Assembly (NCBI GenBank): GCA_002633005.1
Contig: NMRA01000061.1
Coordinates: 993,400 to 1,057,399, forward strand
Direction of reading: 5' to 3'
DNA: 64,000 bases
From: Phoronis australis
Lineage: Eukaryota; Animalia; Phoronida
Shown one piece after another: positions 1 to 15,100 of the stretch. The position numbers were made by a program, and so were the translations under genes. The notes under the pieces were generated by a model. It searched no databases. It saw nothing but the letters and a program-made list of their open reading frames with translations, and was not told where the DNA came from. Numbering within the stretch: the stretch's first letter is position 1; the number at the start of each line of letters is the position of its first letter.

Positions 1-1
1 T

Positions 2-3000
2 GATGACATCACCAGTGCCGTCTACGCCATTGTTCCATCAGTCATTGTCATTGGTACCGCCACCCTGTTGTTGATTGTGGGACTCATTGGCTGCATCGGA
101 ACATGCAAGGAACACAAGTGTCTCCTGGGGACGGTAAGAGTCTGTAGTTTTGTCTCTCTAGGCCTATCAACCTGTTCTTATTAGTCGTATGGCTTGTCGG
201 GGGTGGTTTTTGGCCTGGCAACCATTTTCCCAACAGTGTAGTTGGTGGATGAGGTGATACATGGTTGGTTCTGTTTTGCAAACAAAAACGTCATTTTGGG
301 AGTAATATCGATTGGGACAGAATTTTTTTGTAGACCATAGCTAAAGAACAACACATTTCTTCACGTTTCTTATGATTTTATTACAAATTGTCAATTATTG
401 CCATTGTCTGCCAGACCATCTGTTGATATCAGGTTTGCATGGCATGTTTTGTGCCATTGTTAATATCTTTTTTCATTTCCATTTTTACAAAAAGGCATGG
501 TAGGGCAACCTAATCACCTAATCAAAGTTGTAAGCACTTTTGCTAAATTTAAATACATGCTGTTTTTGGACATATTTAGATAGTAGCTCAGATGTGTTGA
601 TAAGAGACCTGGTAGTTGTAGCCTTATTGAAAATGTTAGATCTAAATATCAAAAAGTTTGTTCCAAATTTTGCACAGTCCTTTCTCAAGAGGAACTGCAA
701 ACTGAAACATTTGTAACGTACGTTGATGTTCTCTCTTTTGCAGTTCTTCGTAATGCTGCTTATTATCTTCGTGGCGGAGGTTTCAGCTGCGGCAGTAGGC
801 TATTTATATCGCTATGATGTAAGTGAACTGCTCTATCTTGTTTGTTTCGATAAACTTGTGTTTTGTGCAGTTTAATTCGAAGTCATTTTCCCAGTTTTAA
901 ACCAGCTCCATGCTTTAACCAAGGTTGTTGTGAAACCCTTAGTTTTGTTTTTTTAAGACCCTTTCATACTAACGTCGACGTTTTGGAAAGTTGCGGTACA
1001 AACGGATAACTTCAGTTCTATATCAAAGTTAACAGTGCCAGTTAACTTCGCAGTAAATTGGTGGATTTAACAGCAGAGTGTCGACGCTCAACGGTCAACT
1101 TGAAGTTATCGCCAGGGGTCACTGTCATAGTCAGCAATTAAAGACCACTGTCGTGGCTTATAGTTGCTTATGTTTTGCTTGAATAATCACCCATCGAAAT
1201 AGAAATAACTTTTGTGTCAATTAGCTTGTGTTATCATTCCCAAATTGTCACATTAAAAAAATCGTAGCGTCCATACCATGCACCATCGCTACCGTGCGAA
1301 TACTTCTATGACATCAGCGTCACCTACTGTTTACTTCGATGTCCATTAACTACCGAAGCCAGTATGTACGGTTCAGTTCACTTCGCAGTTTACGTCGATG
1401 CTCCACTTACACCAGAGTTAAATGAATATGAAATGGCCTGTAAACAGCGAGTTAGCTTTCCTATTTACGTTCCGCACAACACCATGGAAAAATGGGGTTA
1501 CTGTTTGGTTGAACCGTAGGAGTCACTTTTACTTACTTTGATTTAGAGCTGTTTGAAGTTTGCAATTTCAGCTTGACCTAATTAGTTCTGTGTGAGACTT
1601 GAATAATATTGCCTTGCTCATTGAAACAAGCATTTATGATTACTCCTGTGGTTCTACTTAAAATACTCAAATTTTCTGAATGTAGAGGTGCCACAAAACT
1701 GAATTATATTAATAAGGTATGTCCACGTAAACTTTTCTACAGTCTCTATATGTGAACTAGAGACTGTTAAACTCCGATTAGCTTTTGTCACGCCTCTCAT
1801 GTCAGTCAACACTTCTGAAACATGAAAGAGCCTTTTCATTGTCCAGGATGTATGTTAGGTGTCGTCTGACACCTTTGATATTGTTAAACTACCGTATCAC
1901 TAAGCCATGCCCCTTACTAAAGTCTTACAGATTCGAGTTGAGCTTTCCTTCAGATTAACCATGTATCTTTCACACCATCTGGTGTTTAAGGCATGGAAAT
2001 GCAGGAGGAACACCTTACATATTGTTGAGGTCCCTTTTGTGTCATAGTTTACACTTGACTTGATCTATTTCAGTTGTTTATCAGTGGCTGTGCTATAGTG
2101 TTTTTTGTGTATCCGTGTCACGCAGGTGGAGAATGTTGTTAAAACGGGGATACAGGACGGTCTGGATAACTATGGTAACAGAAGCTATCAGAGTCTGTCT
2201 GATGAGATCAATTACATGCAGATGAAGGTTTGTCCAATATGTCCGCCACCTTGTGTTAATGTGCTGTGTACAAAGTTGCTCCAATATTAAAACCTATTTC
2301 CTATGGATCGTTTCATGAAGCTCGTTAATGGTCAACTATTTATCTAAGTTGGCATGTCAATTTTGGTTCAAGTTCTGGTCACAGACAAGGTGTTAAATAG
2401 TAATTTTGATCTGAAGGCCGGCCTTAGTCTTGGTTTGAAATTATACCAATGTTTGCCTTGATAACTCGTACTTTGCTTATCACGGAGATTCTTACTGGTC
2501 TTTGGATTTTGAGAAAGGGCTTGTTGCCCATTAGTCAGTGCGAAAAACTGTTTCTAAAAGTGCAGGACCTCTGTAAGTAACTGTTACGCTCATTTCCATT
2601 AATTACAGTTCTGCCTTAGACCACACGGGCGATCTGAGAGCGCCGTGTCAGATGTGTTGCATTCGCTGACTAACGAGTCCCCCATTTGACTACTCCAAAA
2701 GTTGACTGTGAACTTCCAGATGGCAAGCAGATGGAAAATAGAGCCAATTGATTAGTTGAAAATTAGTCAGGAATGTTTGCTTCAAATGTTTGTCATTTTC
2801 GAAGAGACAAATAGCTGTCTGAGTGTTTTGAAATTCATTTTACATGTGATCGTTTGGTACTTGAATCTCTTGTTGATTTAGGTTGTCGGCCTGAGGTGTG
2901 TGTACCTTTGATTTACGATCACATTTCAATTTATTGATCTGGTGTCGGAAATGGGGACTGCGGTATGTTAGATTTTCCCGTCATTTTCAAGTTGTTTGTC

Positions 3001-4934
3001 CGCTGTTGTAAATAAGTCAGTGTAGTTTATGCTTCACTCTGACGGCGAGGTGTTGATCTGTTCCAGCTGCAATGCTGCGGTGTGAAGAACTATAATGATT
3101 GGCTAAGGACACCCTGGTACAAGGACAATCACACTATGGAGCTACCAGGATCTTGTTGCGGCGACGGCATACACGCCACCTGTCATTTTTCTCGTAATGA
3201 CACGCAAGTTGTACCTCCTGCTGAAGTGCACCTCAAGGGCTGCTACTCTGCCCTCACAAGCCTGTTCACTGATAACCTCGTTACTATTGCTGCTGTATCC
3301 ATCACGTTTGCCGTCTTACAGGTATGGATAGAAGTGTATGTCAGTTAGTGATGGACATTATTCTAAATGCTGCAGTCCTGTGCTGGGACCTAATCTCGGT
3401 TCTCGAAATGCTTCGAGTGAACTTTCGTAGTTGGTTCGCAAACTGTGCAGCATGTTTGGGTTAAGTTTCAAGAGTTGAGTCTTGAATTCAGAGATAAAAC
3501 CATGTGTCCAGAGTCCAGTCTACATGTAAATCCTTTGTGTACATTTAGTCCCATGAATTAGTGATATCTCGATGGGATAAGTCTTTGGAGGTACCCAGGT
3601 TGAAGTCATGACATTCAACCACTTTAAAATATGTAGGGCTGTTAGCTGACCGACATATTTTTGATTGGCTTGGAAAACATGCTGTTCCTTAGTTTCTGGT
3701 AATCGTGTCCAGGAATTAGCAAATAATTCAGTTGTTACATGACCGTGTATGGTAAAAAAATGAAAATAGCCACTATGCAACCTGTCAGATGGTGGGTAAG
3801 AAACAAGAAGGTTGACAGTTTTCGTGTCAGATTGAATTTTACGGCATTGTCTGATGCTGTTCCTGTCTCCGCAAGTTCATGAACGTTAAGAGAAATGCCG
3901 CCACTTCTGTTTCAAATTGACGAGAAGTAAAGTTGCTAAAAATGAAAACAGAAGATCAAAATTTTTATAACTCAATGTACAAAACGCAAAAACGTGCCAA
4001 GATCGAGGCAAGAAATTCGGGCAAATAGCGGAAACAATCTAGAGATCCACCGAATAAGACTTATCTTGAGTACCAGTGTTGTAATTTGCTTATAGGTTTC
4101 CCCTTCTGTGATTGATCAGTTGGTTTCTGAAAGACTGATCAATGAAAAACCTCCTTAATACTTGCCTTTGCATTGTGGGATATTACATGCTATGGCAATC
4201 ATGTAAAGATGTGTGGAGCAGAATTTCGGAAGATGTATGTGTCAAGGAATTAGGTTATATTTAGAAAACGGGAATGGAATTCTCCACATTTTGTCTGACT
4301 GACTTCATACAATGAGAACTAGACCACATGCAGCATCCATGTGGGTCTGGAATTCAACTAAATATCAGGATTTGCTGGACCATGGTCCAGTGGGTAGAAT
4401 AAACCGTGTAGAACCACAATGTTAGTGTGATGAGCTGAGTTTTTAATGTCCCTATCTTAGTTGGTCACAATTTCAAACTTGGGATTTTTAGTTTTGGTGG
4501 TATCACACCATATTTTGATTGGTATTTTAACATTTTGAAAATATTGGAAGTCTATTTGTGCAACATTTCACTTGCAAAATACAGATTTTGAACATGAACG
4601 TTTATGTGTTAAATGGTATGTCGGTTCTGAATGTTTGAGAAAAAATTGGAATCTCGAAATAACACAGTGTATTGTATTGACAGAATTCATTCAAAGAGGT
4701 ACTAACAAAAAGGTGGCTGTCAGATAAAAAAACGAAATGACAAATTTGTGGAAATATTTTTTTTTTTTTTGTACAGGAAATGAGCGAGATGAGCGGATAG
4801 TTTTGTTGACTATTTTATCGAGCTTGAATTATGCATTGCAGATCATCGGCATGGTCTCTGCCTGTGTCCTAATGCACCGTTCTCGTGAGGTACCCTACCT
4901 GACCCTGACCTCAACAGGGGGCTACAGGGCCTAG
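2..4934 (+). CDS. Tetraspanin (TSPAN3-like), 5' end outside window; exons <2-133, 744-818, 2126-2227, 3067-3321, 4842-4934
   Basis: All junctions are GT-AG and phase 0. Translation gives TM2 (VPSVIVIGTATLLLIVGLIGCIG), TM3 with polar E (FFVMLLIIFVAEVSAAAVGY), a large extracellular loop with LQCCG, PGSCC and KGCY, TM4 (IAAVSITFAVLQIIGMVSACVL) and a C-terminal YLTL YxxPhi motif. AATAAA at 6724. The TSPAN3 subfamily assignment is inference. Confidence 0.93.
955..1440. mobile_element. Degenerate MITE-like element in tetraspanin intron
   Basis: Imperfect terminal inverted repeats AGACCCTTTCATACT / AATATGAAATGGCCT; TSD not resolved. Confidence 0.35.
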
Positions 4935-7900
4935 ACAGACAGCTGCGACAGATCAATCGAGGGAAGGTGGAGTTCTTGGAAGAGCTATAGATGATATTTT
5001 TAACACATCAGCTGGTAAAGTGGTATGGAAATCTCACCTGTGAAGTTTCGATAAAATTAATTCGTGATATGTTGCTGTGAAAGTCTATTTTTTGAAAACA
5101 TGTTCGTCTACTTAGCTGAAAATTTATACTTTTCTATAAAATAACTTTGTTGGACACGAGTTTGGCAAATAAGATGGGGAAAATTCACGTCGGACTTATT
5201 TTTTTTTATTTTGTACGTCATAATGCATCATGATCCTTGATTCGGGTACAAAAATTCCCCAAAGTGGCACGTCCTTTTGTTCTCTAACAATTCTCTTGTT
5301 AAACGTTAATCCGCATCCCCAGCAAAATCTTGTGTTCTAGAATTCACAGACATGTGGCTTGAGGTACTTTTTTGCCTGGGTCAAAGGTTTTTCATTTCCT
5401 TAATTTGAATCTTAGTCACCACTCGTGTTCAACAACTATCAAGTCCTGCATGAAACTATTGCTGGATATCTTGAGAAGCTTCTGTATTTTGATAATTTGA
5501 AAGCCTTGTTTCTATTTTTTATGTCATGTGAGATTTCTGTCGTCAGGCCCAAGTGTATGTCTTTTTTCAATAATGGGAGCTGTATCTGCTCACGAAGTCT
5601 ATAATGAAACGGTCAAAATCACAACTACCTTAAATTTTCTGTTATCGGTTCTTGGACTTGTGTGCTGTAAGTTTTTGTGCAACATAGTGCTCGAGTTCTT
5701 TATAGCTAGTTTGCATGAAACGTGTCGTTAATTCACAATTATTTAAACTTGTTGTTACGTAGTGTTCTTTACAACCTGTTTCAACTAGTCACTCCGTCAA
5801 GTTAGAATTTTGCCTCGACTAATTTGGCTTGCGTCGATTAATTGGGACCTTTTTGATGCTAAGTGCCAATCCACAGCATTCATTCAAAGACTTTAAAACA
5901 CACAGACTCTCCTCTTATGTTCTTGAATTCCAGTCGTAGAGTTTGAAAACCTGTACGAGTTTGAATTTTCTGTTGTGGAGAACACTGTATTGTATATATA
6001 TGTTGTCACTGCGTCGTGTTATGAAGCAATTATGAACAAATAGTCTTGTATTTGGGGTAGCTAAGACATATAAAAAACTCACAAGTTATGCTTAATAGGA
6101 TTAGCCACAGTTGAGCAATTTTCCAACAGCTACTTCTATTGTAAAGCCTTCTGAAGGCTCTCTGTTCATTCTGTGTCGTGTGTCATGTTGTGACAGTCAG
6201 TGATGTCTGCACAAAATCATTGTTGGGTTATTTTAGTTTAAAACTGACAGTGAGCTGTGTTGCTCACAGGCTCTGTCACCAATTGTGCTGGCTTTCAGTT
6301 CGGCCTAACTTTTGGGTCAATTTGGCCAGGCATTGGTAGGATATGTCCTTTTAGTTGTGTTATGTAAAGCTGAGTTGTGATATACTTTGGAAATATCGAG
6401 TACAAATGGCCTGTTAAGATTTAATTTTTGTATTTTGGGAGGTGATAAAAACGTGCAAAGGGAATATGTCGGTGGATCTGTTTTGTAATTCGCCCACTGA
6501 TCTGTTGGATAACATTGTTTTCGAAGTTTTTTTAATTAGAAAATGCATTAAACAGTGCTGGGCTATCGTTTAAAAGTTGTGCTTTTTAACTCAGTATAAT
6601 TGAGTTTTGCCTCCACAAAAAGTAAAGTTCATGTTATGTTGAAATTGTTCGTCTTGAAGTGTTGGATTTGGGTTTCCTTGCTTTAAGTACCAGTTTTGTG
6701 TTCTTTGTCCATTTTGCTATTTAAATAAAACTTAGTCCTTAATGTTCAACGATTACATCAAATCCCACGTTTGCATCATGTCTACCTTTTCATTGTCCTG
6801 GCAGTTACTGTTTGAAGAAGGCTAGTCTTCTGGCGTTTATGAGCATCCCAATCAAAACAGTTTTCTCAATTTGCAGAATGAAAACGCGATTGGTGCGGGA
6901 AAATTAAGTTTTTTCTTAAAAAACTAATTATAACACTGAATACATGTTAAGTTTTATTGGAAATCGAAAAACTGCTCTTACAATCATTTATAAATAACCC
7001 AAGGCAAATATGTGAAAAAAATCGTTTCAGGCGGGATATCTATTCTTAAAATTTTTCGATTGAAATGATAAAATCATGTCAAGTGGCAGAAAACAAGTGA
7101 TTCAGAGCAACTGACTGAGACAAGTTGCCATGAATTTTTTTCATACGACAATAGCGCATTATACTTTTTAGATATTCACGTTAACTGAATCTTTCAGTGT
7201 TTACATATTAGCTCCAGACACGAGATCCTGCCACCCTGAATACAGACTTGTGTTGGACTTGTATTTCTTAACATGAGTTGTTAAATCAATCTGCAATGCA
7301 AGAAACTTCAAAAAAATCTTAACACAATGCAAGTTATCTCACAAGTGTGACATTTAAATGGAGGTGAGGAAAGTTCAGCTACATTTTTATCACAGTGTTT
7401 GAATATTAAATACATCGAAGTTTTTCATTTATACCATCAACAGCAAATCGCAATTTTTAGCCAACAGGCAGAGCGTACACACAAACGTCCTGCGGTAACC
7501 ACAGTAGATATTTATCATACACCACAAGTACAAGCAAATATACACAAAGCAGAAACAGCACGAAGTTTGGTGCGGGAGGTTTTCTATGCAGGCGACCTGG
7601 CCTCGTGGTGGGGCATCATTTAGAATCTCAACGAAAAATAAAATCAATGGCATACGATTACTACTGGAAAAAACTGTTCCCACACAGAAAGGGTTGATGC
7701 GCTTTAGATGGAAAGATGGAAAAGTGGAGCAAGCAAGCCACCCACAGTAGAGCAAAAGCGTTGAAATGCGGCCAGGACTACTAAAATAATGATCACTAGG
7801 AGGCACAGAATAAGTAGACTTCGTTTGAAAATGATAATGTCTCCTTAACAGAAATCCATTTGCCAACTCATGAAAATCCAACACGGAACTTGGTAGATAT

Positions 7901-8053
7901 AGAGGCTAAAGTGAAAACTTATGCACTAGGGAGCAGTAGTCAAACCAGTGCCATAACGTCCAGGACAAGAACATGTGAGCAAAATATCACAAACATCCAC
8001 CAAGGGGATTTGGAGATACAGCAGTTAATGTGAAGATCTTGCAATGTGCCCAC

Positions 8054-8127
8054 GTGTGTGTGTGTGTACCTGTCTGTGAGTGTGTCTGCGTGTCCATGTG
8101 TCTGTGTCTGCATGTGCATGTGTGTGC
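8054..8127. repeat. Degenerate TG-rich microsatellite
   Basis: (TG)n/(TGTC)n run visible directly. Confidence 0.7.
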
Positions 8128-9156
8128 AGATCGCATAAGTTAAATACCACCAATTTCAAAAAAAAAATAATTGCCAAAATTGGCTTTTTCATCTTTCACG
8201 AGTTTCTAACTATGTCATGAATGTCAACAATTACCACATTGACATATAGAAGTTAACTTATATGACAAAGTTAATTTGATGCTACTTACGAAAAAATAGA
8301 ATCACACGTTTGCTACATCCCGTCCTTAACGGGCAAATCTTTACTGCACTAAGATTAAAAAATGTTTTTGGATTATCTTTCCACTCTGCGATTCCCAGTT
8401 TTAACTGAGCTTCACCATTAAAATTAAATGCTTGGTGACAGATTTTCACAACAAAAATGAACGGAGTTTATTTACAACCTCACAGAAAACAGATGCGATG
8501 TTGTTTGACAGGTGAAGACCAGTCACAACATGACGTCTTGGCTGCAACGACAGACAATTCCAGTTGCACTCAGCAATCCTGGCAACATTATTTCTTCACT
8601 TCTTAGCGCACAAAAGATGGTGGATAAGTATATTTTATCAAATTTCTCAACAAAAACAAATATTAAGAAATGTTCTCGTTTACTGATGTTTTATTTTTAT
8701 GTGAAATAAGTAACTAATTACCATAACTCCACGCCATTTCATTCGCCTATTTTCGGACCAAGAATTTCATTATGAACATAGAGAAACCACAGCACTTCAT
8801 GGAACTGTGTGCTTCCACTCAGAGATCAGTTTTGCGCAAGGGAAAATATTAGCAGTAACTCAAGCACAAAACTCTGAATTTGCTTCTGCACAAATCAACA
8901 GCCCTTGCACACTGAAAGGGGGGGGGCACTCATTCAATCCGAGTCAGAAACGAGACCCAAAAGCGTTTTAGAAACTTCAGAAAAGGAGAACAATATATTG
9001 AACAGATGGGGTTGTTTATATTAAGGACATAACACATATGGGAGTGCAACTTTCGAAACTTCGCCCGTCGGTATCCTGTGCACTATTCACCCCATGAACA
9101 CGATGTGACGAATGCACACGGCAATGGGGAGATACAACTTGACAGGCCAGTGGTGG

Positions 9157-12100
9157 TCAATCGTACTCTTCCAAACTGTTCGGTGGCGGTGTCTGCATGA
9201 CGCCACTGACAGAAGGTTGCGAACTCTGTTGTTGCTGTAGCGTGTTAGGAAAGGGCTCCTGGGTAGATGTGTCCACACCGTTTAAGTCTATACGACAAAC
9301 TGGGCAGGTACCATGCTAGAATGAGGAACAAAGAGAACATGTATTCAGTGCAGTCGAACTATTCAAGTGGGTGTTACTTCCAGTAAAAATGGAGCATTCA
9401 CCACTTGTTCAGATTTTAAAGGCATGTAGTCCATTTTACATCAGAAAACCGCATTGTTGGATGGGATAGACTTCCTGAATTTACAAGCTTTGACGAGAAT
9501 TATAAACAAAACGCGTTCTCTTTTTGTGCAATATTTACCATTGTTCAACAGCCATTCACTGAAAACAAAGTCGGAGACTTTACCATCTAAATGAGCTCAA
9601 AACCCTCCACCATTTATTGGGTGAGGTTTAGCTCCAGTGGCAGAGCATCCTGTGCACATAGGTCCATTCACCTGTACATAAATACTACAATGTGTTGCTT
9701 CAAAGAAAATTTCATTACACAGCATTCAGCAAGAGTAACTGCACACCAGAATTGCGTTCAGGTCCAAGTTCGCACAGAGCATTTTCCAACTCGAGCGCTT
9801 GCAACTAAGCGAAGTGGTGGGAATAACCTTTGTAACATCACAAGCATTTTGCATCAGTGTGTTTCACATTTTGCATCAGTGTGTTTTACATTTTGCATCA
9901 GTGTGTTTCACATTTTGCATCAGTGTGTTTCACATTTTGCATCAGTGTGTTTCACATTTTGATCAACACACGCAAGCCATGCCCATCTCAACATGAGTTA
10001 TTTATCTGCTCTGATCTGATCAAGATTAGGTCCCAGAATATCATCCTAATTGAGGTAGTATTTCACCAAATTAAGGCATAATATGGAGGGCAGGTGAAAT
10101 TTTGTTTCTTCGTTATTTCCTTAATGCTAAAGAGGCATAGTCCCATTAAATCGTGAATATGCAAATGAAGTACTAATTTACAAACAACCTCGGGTCCTCA
10201 AGTGTGCTGGAAACCATTCGAGAACCATTTACCATTACAATCTCGCGAAAGTCTTGTTTTACAAGACTGTTTTTATGTAAATGAGTACAGTTACATTTCA
10301 TTGTTACCTTTGAAACACGACACATAATTTGTTTATTTCATTACCGAATACAAATTCTGTGTAATATTTGGAATTACTGGTTTTTTACATGTTCACACTG
10401 GTTTTTAAGTGCTGTAGTATTTTCTGTAAAACTGCAATATATTTACAACTTGCTTTTTTTCCTGATTGTACTTGAACACACAGTTCTCCATGAAGTCACT
10501 AGTTGGCACTTGCTACAAATTTAAGTATTCACAGGAGTAATTTCAGTCCGCAATTGATGAAATTTTTCAGTATAAAAAAGACAAAACATACCAATTTTAA
10601 CCATGGAAAAATACATTCCTCATGGAAGTGGTGATTACAGGGTAGTTTTTTAACGTTTTCGTTGAGCGTGAACTGTTCAAAACACACAGAGCACTGGAGT
10701 TCAGCATCTGGAAAGAAGAAAGGGAAAACAGTCTTATCTTAGGTTTCTGAAACACAGGTATGTACCTCACAACTCTCAGTACAATTTTTTTGTTTATGTA
10801 GCTTATTAACAAGTATGCCGCATATTAATTTTCACGAATGAAAGACGAAAAGGACTACCGGTACACTTGAATATGTGAAGCGCACTGTGAAATTGTCATC
10901 TCATTTGAAGCCTTGTCTACACAACCAGACTTTTCATATATGAATATATACACAACTTTTTCAGCTGGAAAAGTCGTGTTGGGACTCTTGTCCACATACT
11001 CCAAATCGTTGTATTCAACAGTTGTACTGGAGGTATGAAGTTGGAATGTAACTCAACATCACTATAAATCTTGGAACCATGCGTGACTTATCTACCAACA
11101 AAATATGAAGCACGACAGAGAGGCTTTAAGTACAATGCGCAACACAAGCAGTCATAATAAACAAACAATACGACTCAGAATTCCATCTTGACGGCCAAGT
11201 GCGAGTTTCACAGAGTGCAATTAATCACCATAGTGGCAATTTATCGTGACCAATAAAATACAAGAAAGTTAATAATAGGAAATGATATTTTACAGCTAGG
11301 ATTCTGCTAGAATGCCAAATGGTCATTAAAGGTAGTTTTTGAAATGAGCCGAATTAAACATCATGACCAGGGAACAGTATTTAATAGGAACAAATAAATT
11401 TGATACGATTATTTATTGTGTTTACCCCGATTTTACCAAGTATGGGAGAAGAAGTCAGGGTTATTGGTTGATAGAAACTACAATACAGCGCGCTACTTTG
11501 ATTTTTAAGCTGCTGGACCAGAGTATGATGAATAAGGCCTTTCAAATGAATTATACGGTAAACATCGAAACATATCGCGATCTTTGATCCAGGTACAAAA
11601 ATTCCTCAAAGTTGCATTCTTTAACAATAATTGCAGGTGAGATATTTCCGCTGATCCCCATTACTTTTTTATTATTTAAGAATGGAGACATGCTGGATTT
11701 TTTCTGTATCCAAATCAAAGATCATGATTTATTTCGATGTGTAAAATTAAAAAAAATTCATTTAAATTTGAATCGTCTTTACATTTGCCAAACTCAGGAT
11801 CAGCAACTTCAACCTTTCACCCAGTCCACCATTACGACCTTTGACCTCAAAAACTGGAAACAGGAAGAGTTCAGTTTTACGTAATGACCATTTACCTGTT
11901 TGGGACTGTGATATCTTCACAGTGGGTAATGAGTCTATCTTGGACTGGTCAGCAGGTGGAGGTCCTGAGCCTTCTAACTGATTTAACAACTGCAATAAAG
12001 AAGCACTGAGAATGTTGACCATGCAAACTGAGAGTTCAGTATGCACACCCTATAACATTCACTGATAATGCCGTTTTTCTAAAGACCTAGTCCCATGTAC

Positions 12101-15100
12101 CCATGTAGGTGGCGGATGAATAAAGATCACACTCGGTATGATCCGGCGTGTGAACCGTGTTGCAGCTGTGACCTTCCATAGCAATCAATGTTGGTCCTGA
12201 AACGTCCGGGAAACCACCGTCTTAGTCAATGCTATATCCNTATCTTAATTGCCTTTGCAAAAGAGTAAACATCTATCATTTTACAACCACCCATTTCATA
12301 ATGTTGAATCATGGTTTTGCGCTTAATTTTGTCGCACTTTCCTCCCCAAATATAGTGAAAAAACAGTTTTTCTAGTTCTTTACAAAACAGATTATTAGGG
12401 ATTGGCAAAGAAGATAAAACATGAATCAGTTTTGGTAGAAGAAATGATTTGACCACTGTAACTTTACCAACTTTACATTTGCCAAACTCAGGATCAGCAA
12501 CTTCAACCTTTCACCCAGTCCACCATTACGACCTTTGACCTCAAAAACTGGAAACAGGAAGAGTTCAGTTTTACGTAATGACCATTTACCTGTTTGGGAC
12601 TGTGATATCTTCACAGTGGGTAATGAGTCTATCTTGGACTGGTCAGCAGGTGGAGGTCCTGAGCCTTCTAACTGATTTAACAACTGCAATAAAGAAGCAC
12701 TGAGAATGTTGACCATGCAAACTGAGAGTTCAGTATGCACACCCTATAACATTCACTGATAATGCCGTTTTTCTAAAGACCTAGTCCCATGTACCCATGT
12801 AGGTGGCGGATGAATAAAGATCACACTCGGTATGATCCGGCGTGTGAACCGTGTTGCAGCTGTGACCTTCCATAGCAATCAATGTTGGTCCTGAAACGTC
12901 CGGGAAACCACCGTCTTAGTCAATGCTATATCCGTGATGGTCCGTGATGCCGCTGTGTTGGTCCATGATCATCCAGGGCTGCCCATGTCTTTATCGTGCT
13001 GGTCCATGGTTACCAGTGTGGGTGCCGTGCTGATTCTGTGTTGCTACCATGTAGCTGCTGTGTTTGTCTGCGTATGCTCGGGTTTGTCCATGTAGCTTCC
13101 GCGTCGTCACCAGCATGGCAGTCGTTTAACGACCCTCTAACCCAAAGACGAGCGCGGATCATTGGGCATTTTGCCGTACTGTCATCTTCATCCATACTTT
13201 TAAGGGACTGGGGCTAAAAATTCGTCAGCAAGTCAAAAACTAGCAAAAGTCACTTGCAGAGACTCCTCTAAGTGATTATTGCCCAAAATATTACATGGGA
13301 CTGATTGTTGACCAAGTTGAGACTAAATAGAAAGAAAATGACAGTTTAGTGGCACTACAAGTTATTTCTGTTGAGGGACACAATCTTCAATTTTACATTT
13401 AATATGTGGAGCAATCATCAGAAGGCATTACATCTAAGTACAGGGGAGCCTGCTTAATGTCATAGCCCCAGTTTCAACGTAAATTATGACAATGAGTGCG
13501 ATTTAGCGGTAGTCGCAAGTACTCTTAAAAGCTAATCATGCCGTGTTGAGAGTTGTGTAGTAAAGGCAGGTAGATAGGAAACAACTAATTTTTCCCCCGG
13601 CACCAAGATCCGATAAGGTGAATGAATTTAGGATGAATCCAGTTAGTTTTTAAACAAAAAAGTCAAAGTACACAAGCTAATAAGCATGTGGGAATCAATT
13701 TTGCTTATATTTTTAATGACATCTGGGAATGTGACAATAATTCACTACTTTACATGGATTTAATGGGAAATCAATTGTTTTTTGACATCTCATTTTTGAC
13801 AATAAGCAGAATACTCCACTGTCCAGTATGGCAATCAGTGGCCTCCACTATGTTTACATGCCAATGGGAATATTCTTAGTAAGGAAATCTGTAGACGTAT
13901 GCAGTTTACATTAGTACACTTTGGTAAAAGTCCTTCCTTCAAACGTGTAGACTTTAAACTCTGACAAGATGCAATGCGTTCCATAGAGTTCAACATCAGC
14001 TAGAGTGCAACATACTCAAGATCGTAGGCAATGCATCTTGTCCGATTTTCAAGACCACATGCTGGGTAGTTTACATTTCTTTCCAGACACACCTCCCACA
14101 TTAACTATTGTGCCGCCAGCTCATTTAACTCAATTCCCATGACAACAAATCGACGAATAAGATCAGTAAGAAAGACGATCGTATGAAGCGCATATCATAC
14201 CTGACTAATGATTGAATCTAGACCCCCTGGCCCCCAGACATAGTCCCCTGGGTTAGCGTGAAGATGAGGACTGCCACCTATTACTCTGAAATGAAAACGG
14301 CAGGAAAAATGTATAAACAACGGTTGACAGTGTAAATAGATGTCAATACGAAAAAACCCAAATCATGTCCACTGGCACAAATTGTCACCAACTCAAAATA
14401 CAAAGGGGTCCTGAGATTAAGTAGGCAAAATTGATCTCTTATTGTTTAATAAGCAAACAAATGTTCACAACAGCAAGAAATACTTACATCGGACTCGTAC
14501 CAATCCCAGTTAGTAAATGTTGTAGTATTCTGAAAAACAAAACAAAACATAATGTTCCACTCCTTCGGTACAATATCCAATTTCAGCTAAAATATCCATC
14601 ACAAAATTTCCGACAAGAAATTCACAGTAAACATCCATATTTAGCCATCCACCTTCCCCAAATTTCTCAATTGTTTTCTCAGAACCCTTTATTCCATGTT
14701 TTTGAGAACAAACCCTGGATTTGATTGCGTCTCCAAATTGGGCAAAATTGAATATAGTGTTCTTTTAACAAACAGAATTTGAGCAGGGCTAAAAGTTCCC
14801 TTATTATTAAAGGCCAGAAAACATCTGGGAATGTCTTCCTGCTTAATATGGCATTCTAAAAAATTTCAATTGTATGATTTCCTCTTAACAAATCAATGGA
14901 AAACATTTCTGCAAAATAAGCTAACCAATTTTCTCCATTCAAGTTTTTTTCTTTTTTCGGACAAGATTCTCTTTTAGATTTGTTTTCCACCGATTTGAAA
15001 GTACAGTTCAACATGCTTTTCAACGCAACTATTGACTTCAGCACTTACGATAAGAAATAAGTATTATAGACAGCACATTTCTCAAGAAATCGTCAAGCAG

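Noticed and set aside
2612-2680. GCCTTAGACCACACGG as an antisense tRNA/SINE head
   Set aside because: Only a short A-box-like match; no cloverleaf or B box could be built
9586-9671. AG...GT-bounded minus-strand segment as a poison exon of RNF115
   Set aside because: Weak polypyrimidine tract and no supporting evidence; the RING exons join correctly without it
9845-9961. Regularly spaced 22-bp repeats as a CRISPR array
   Set aside because: No spacers (pure tandem), eukaryotic intron, no cas genes
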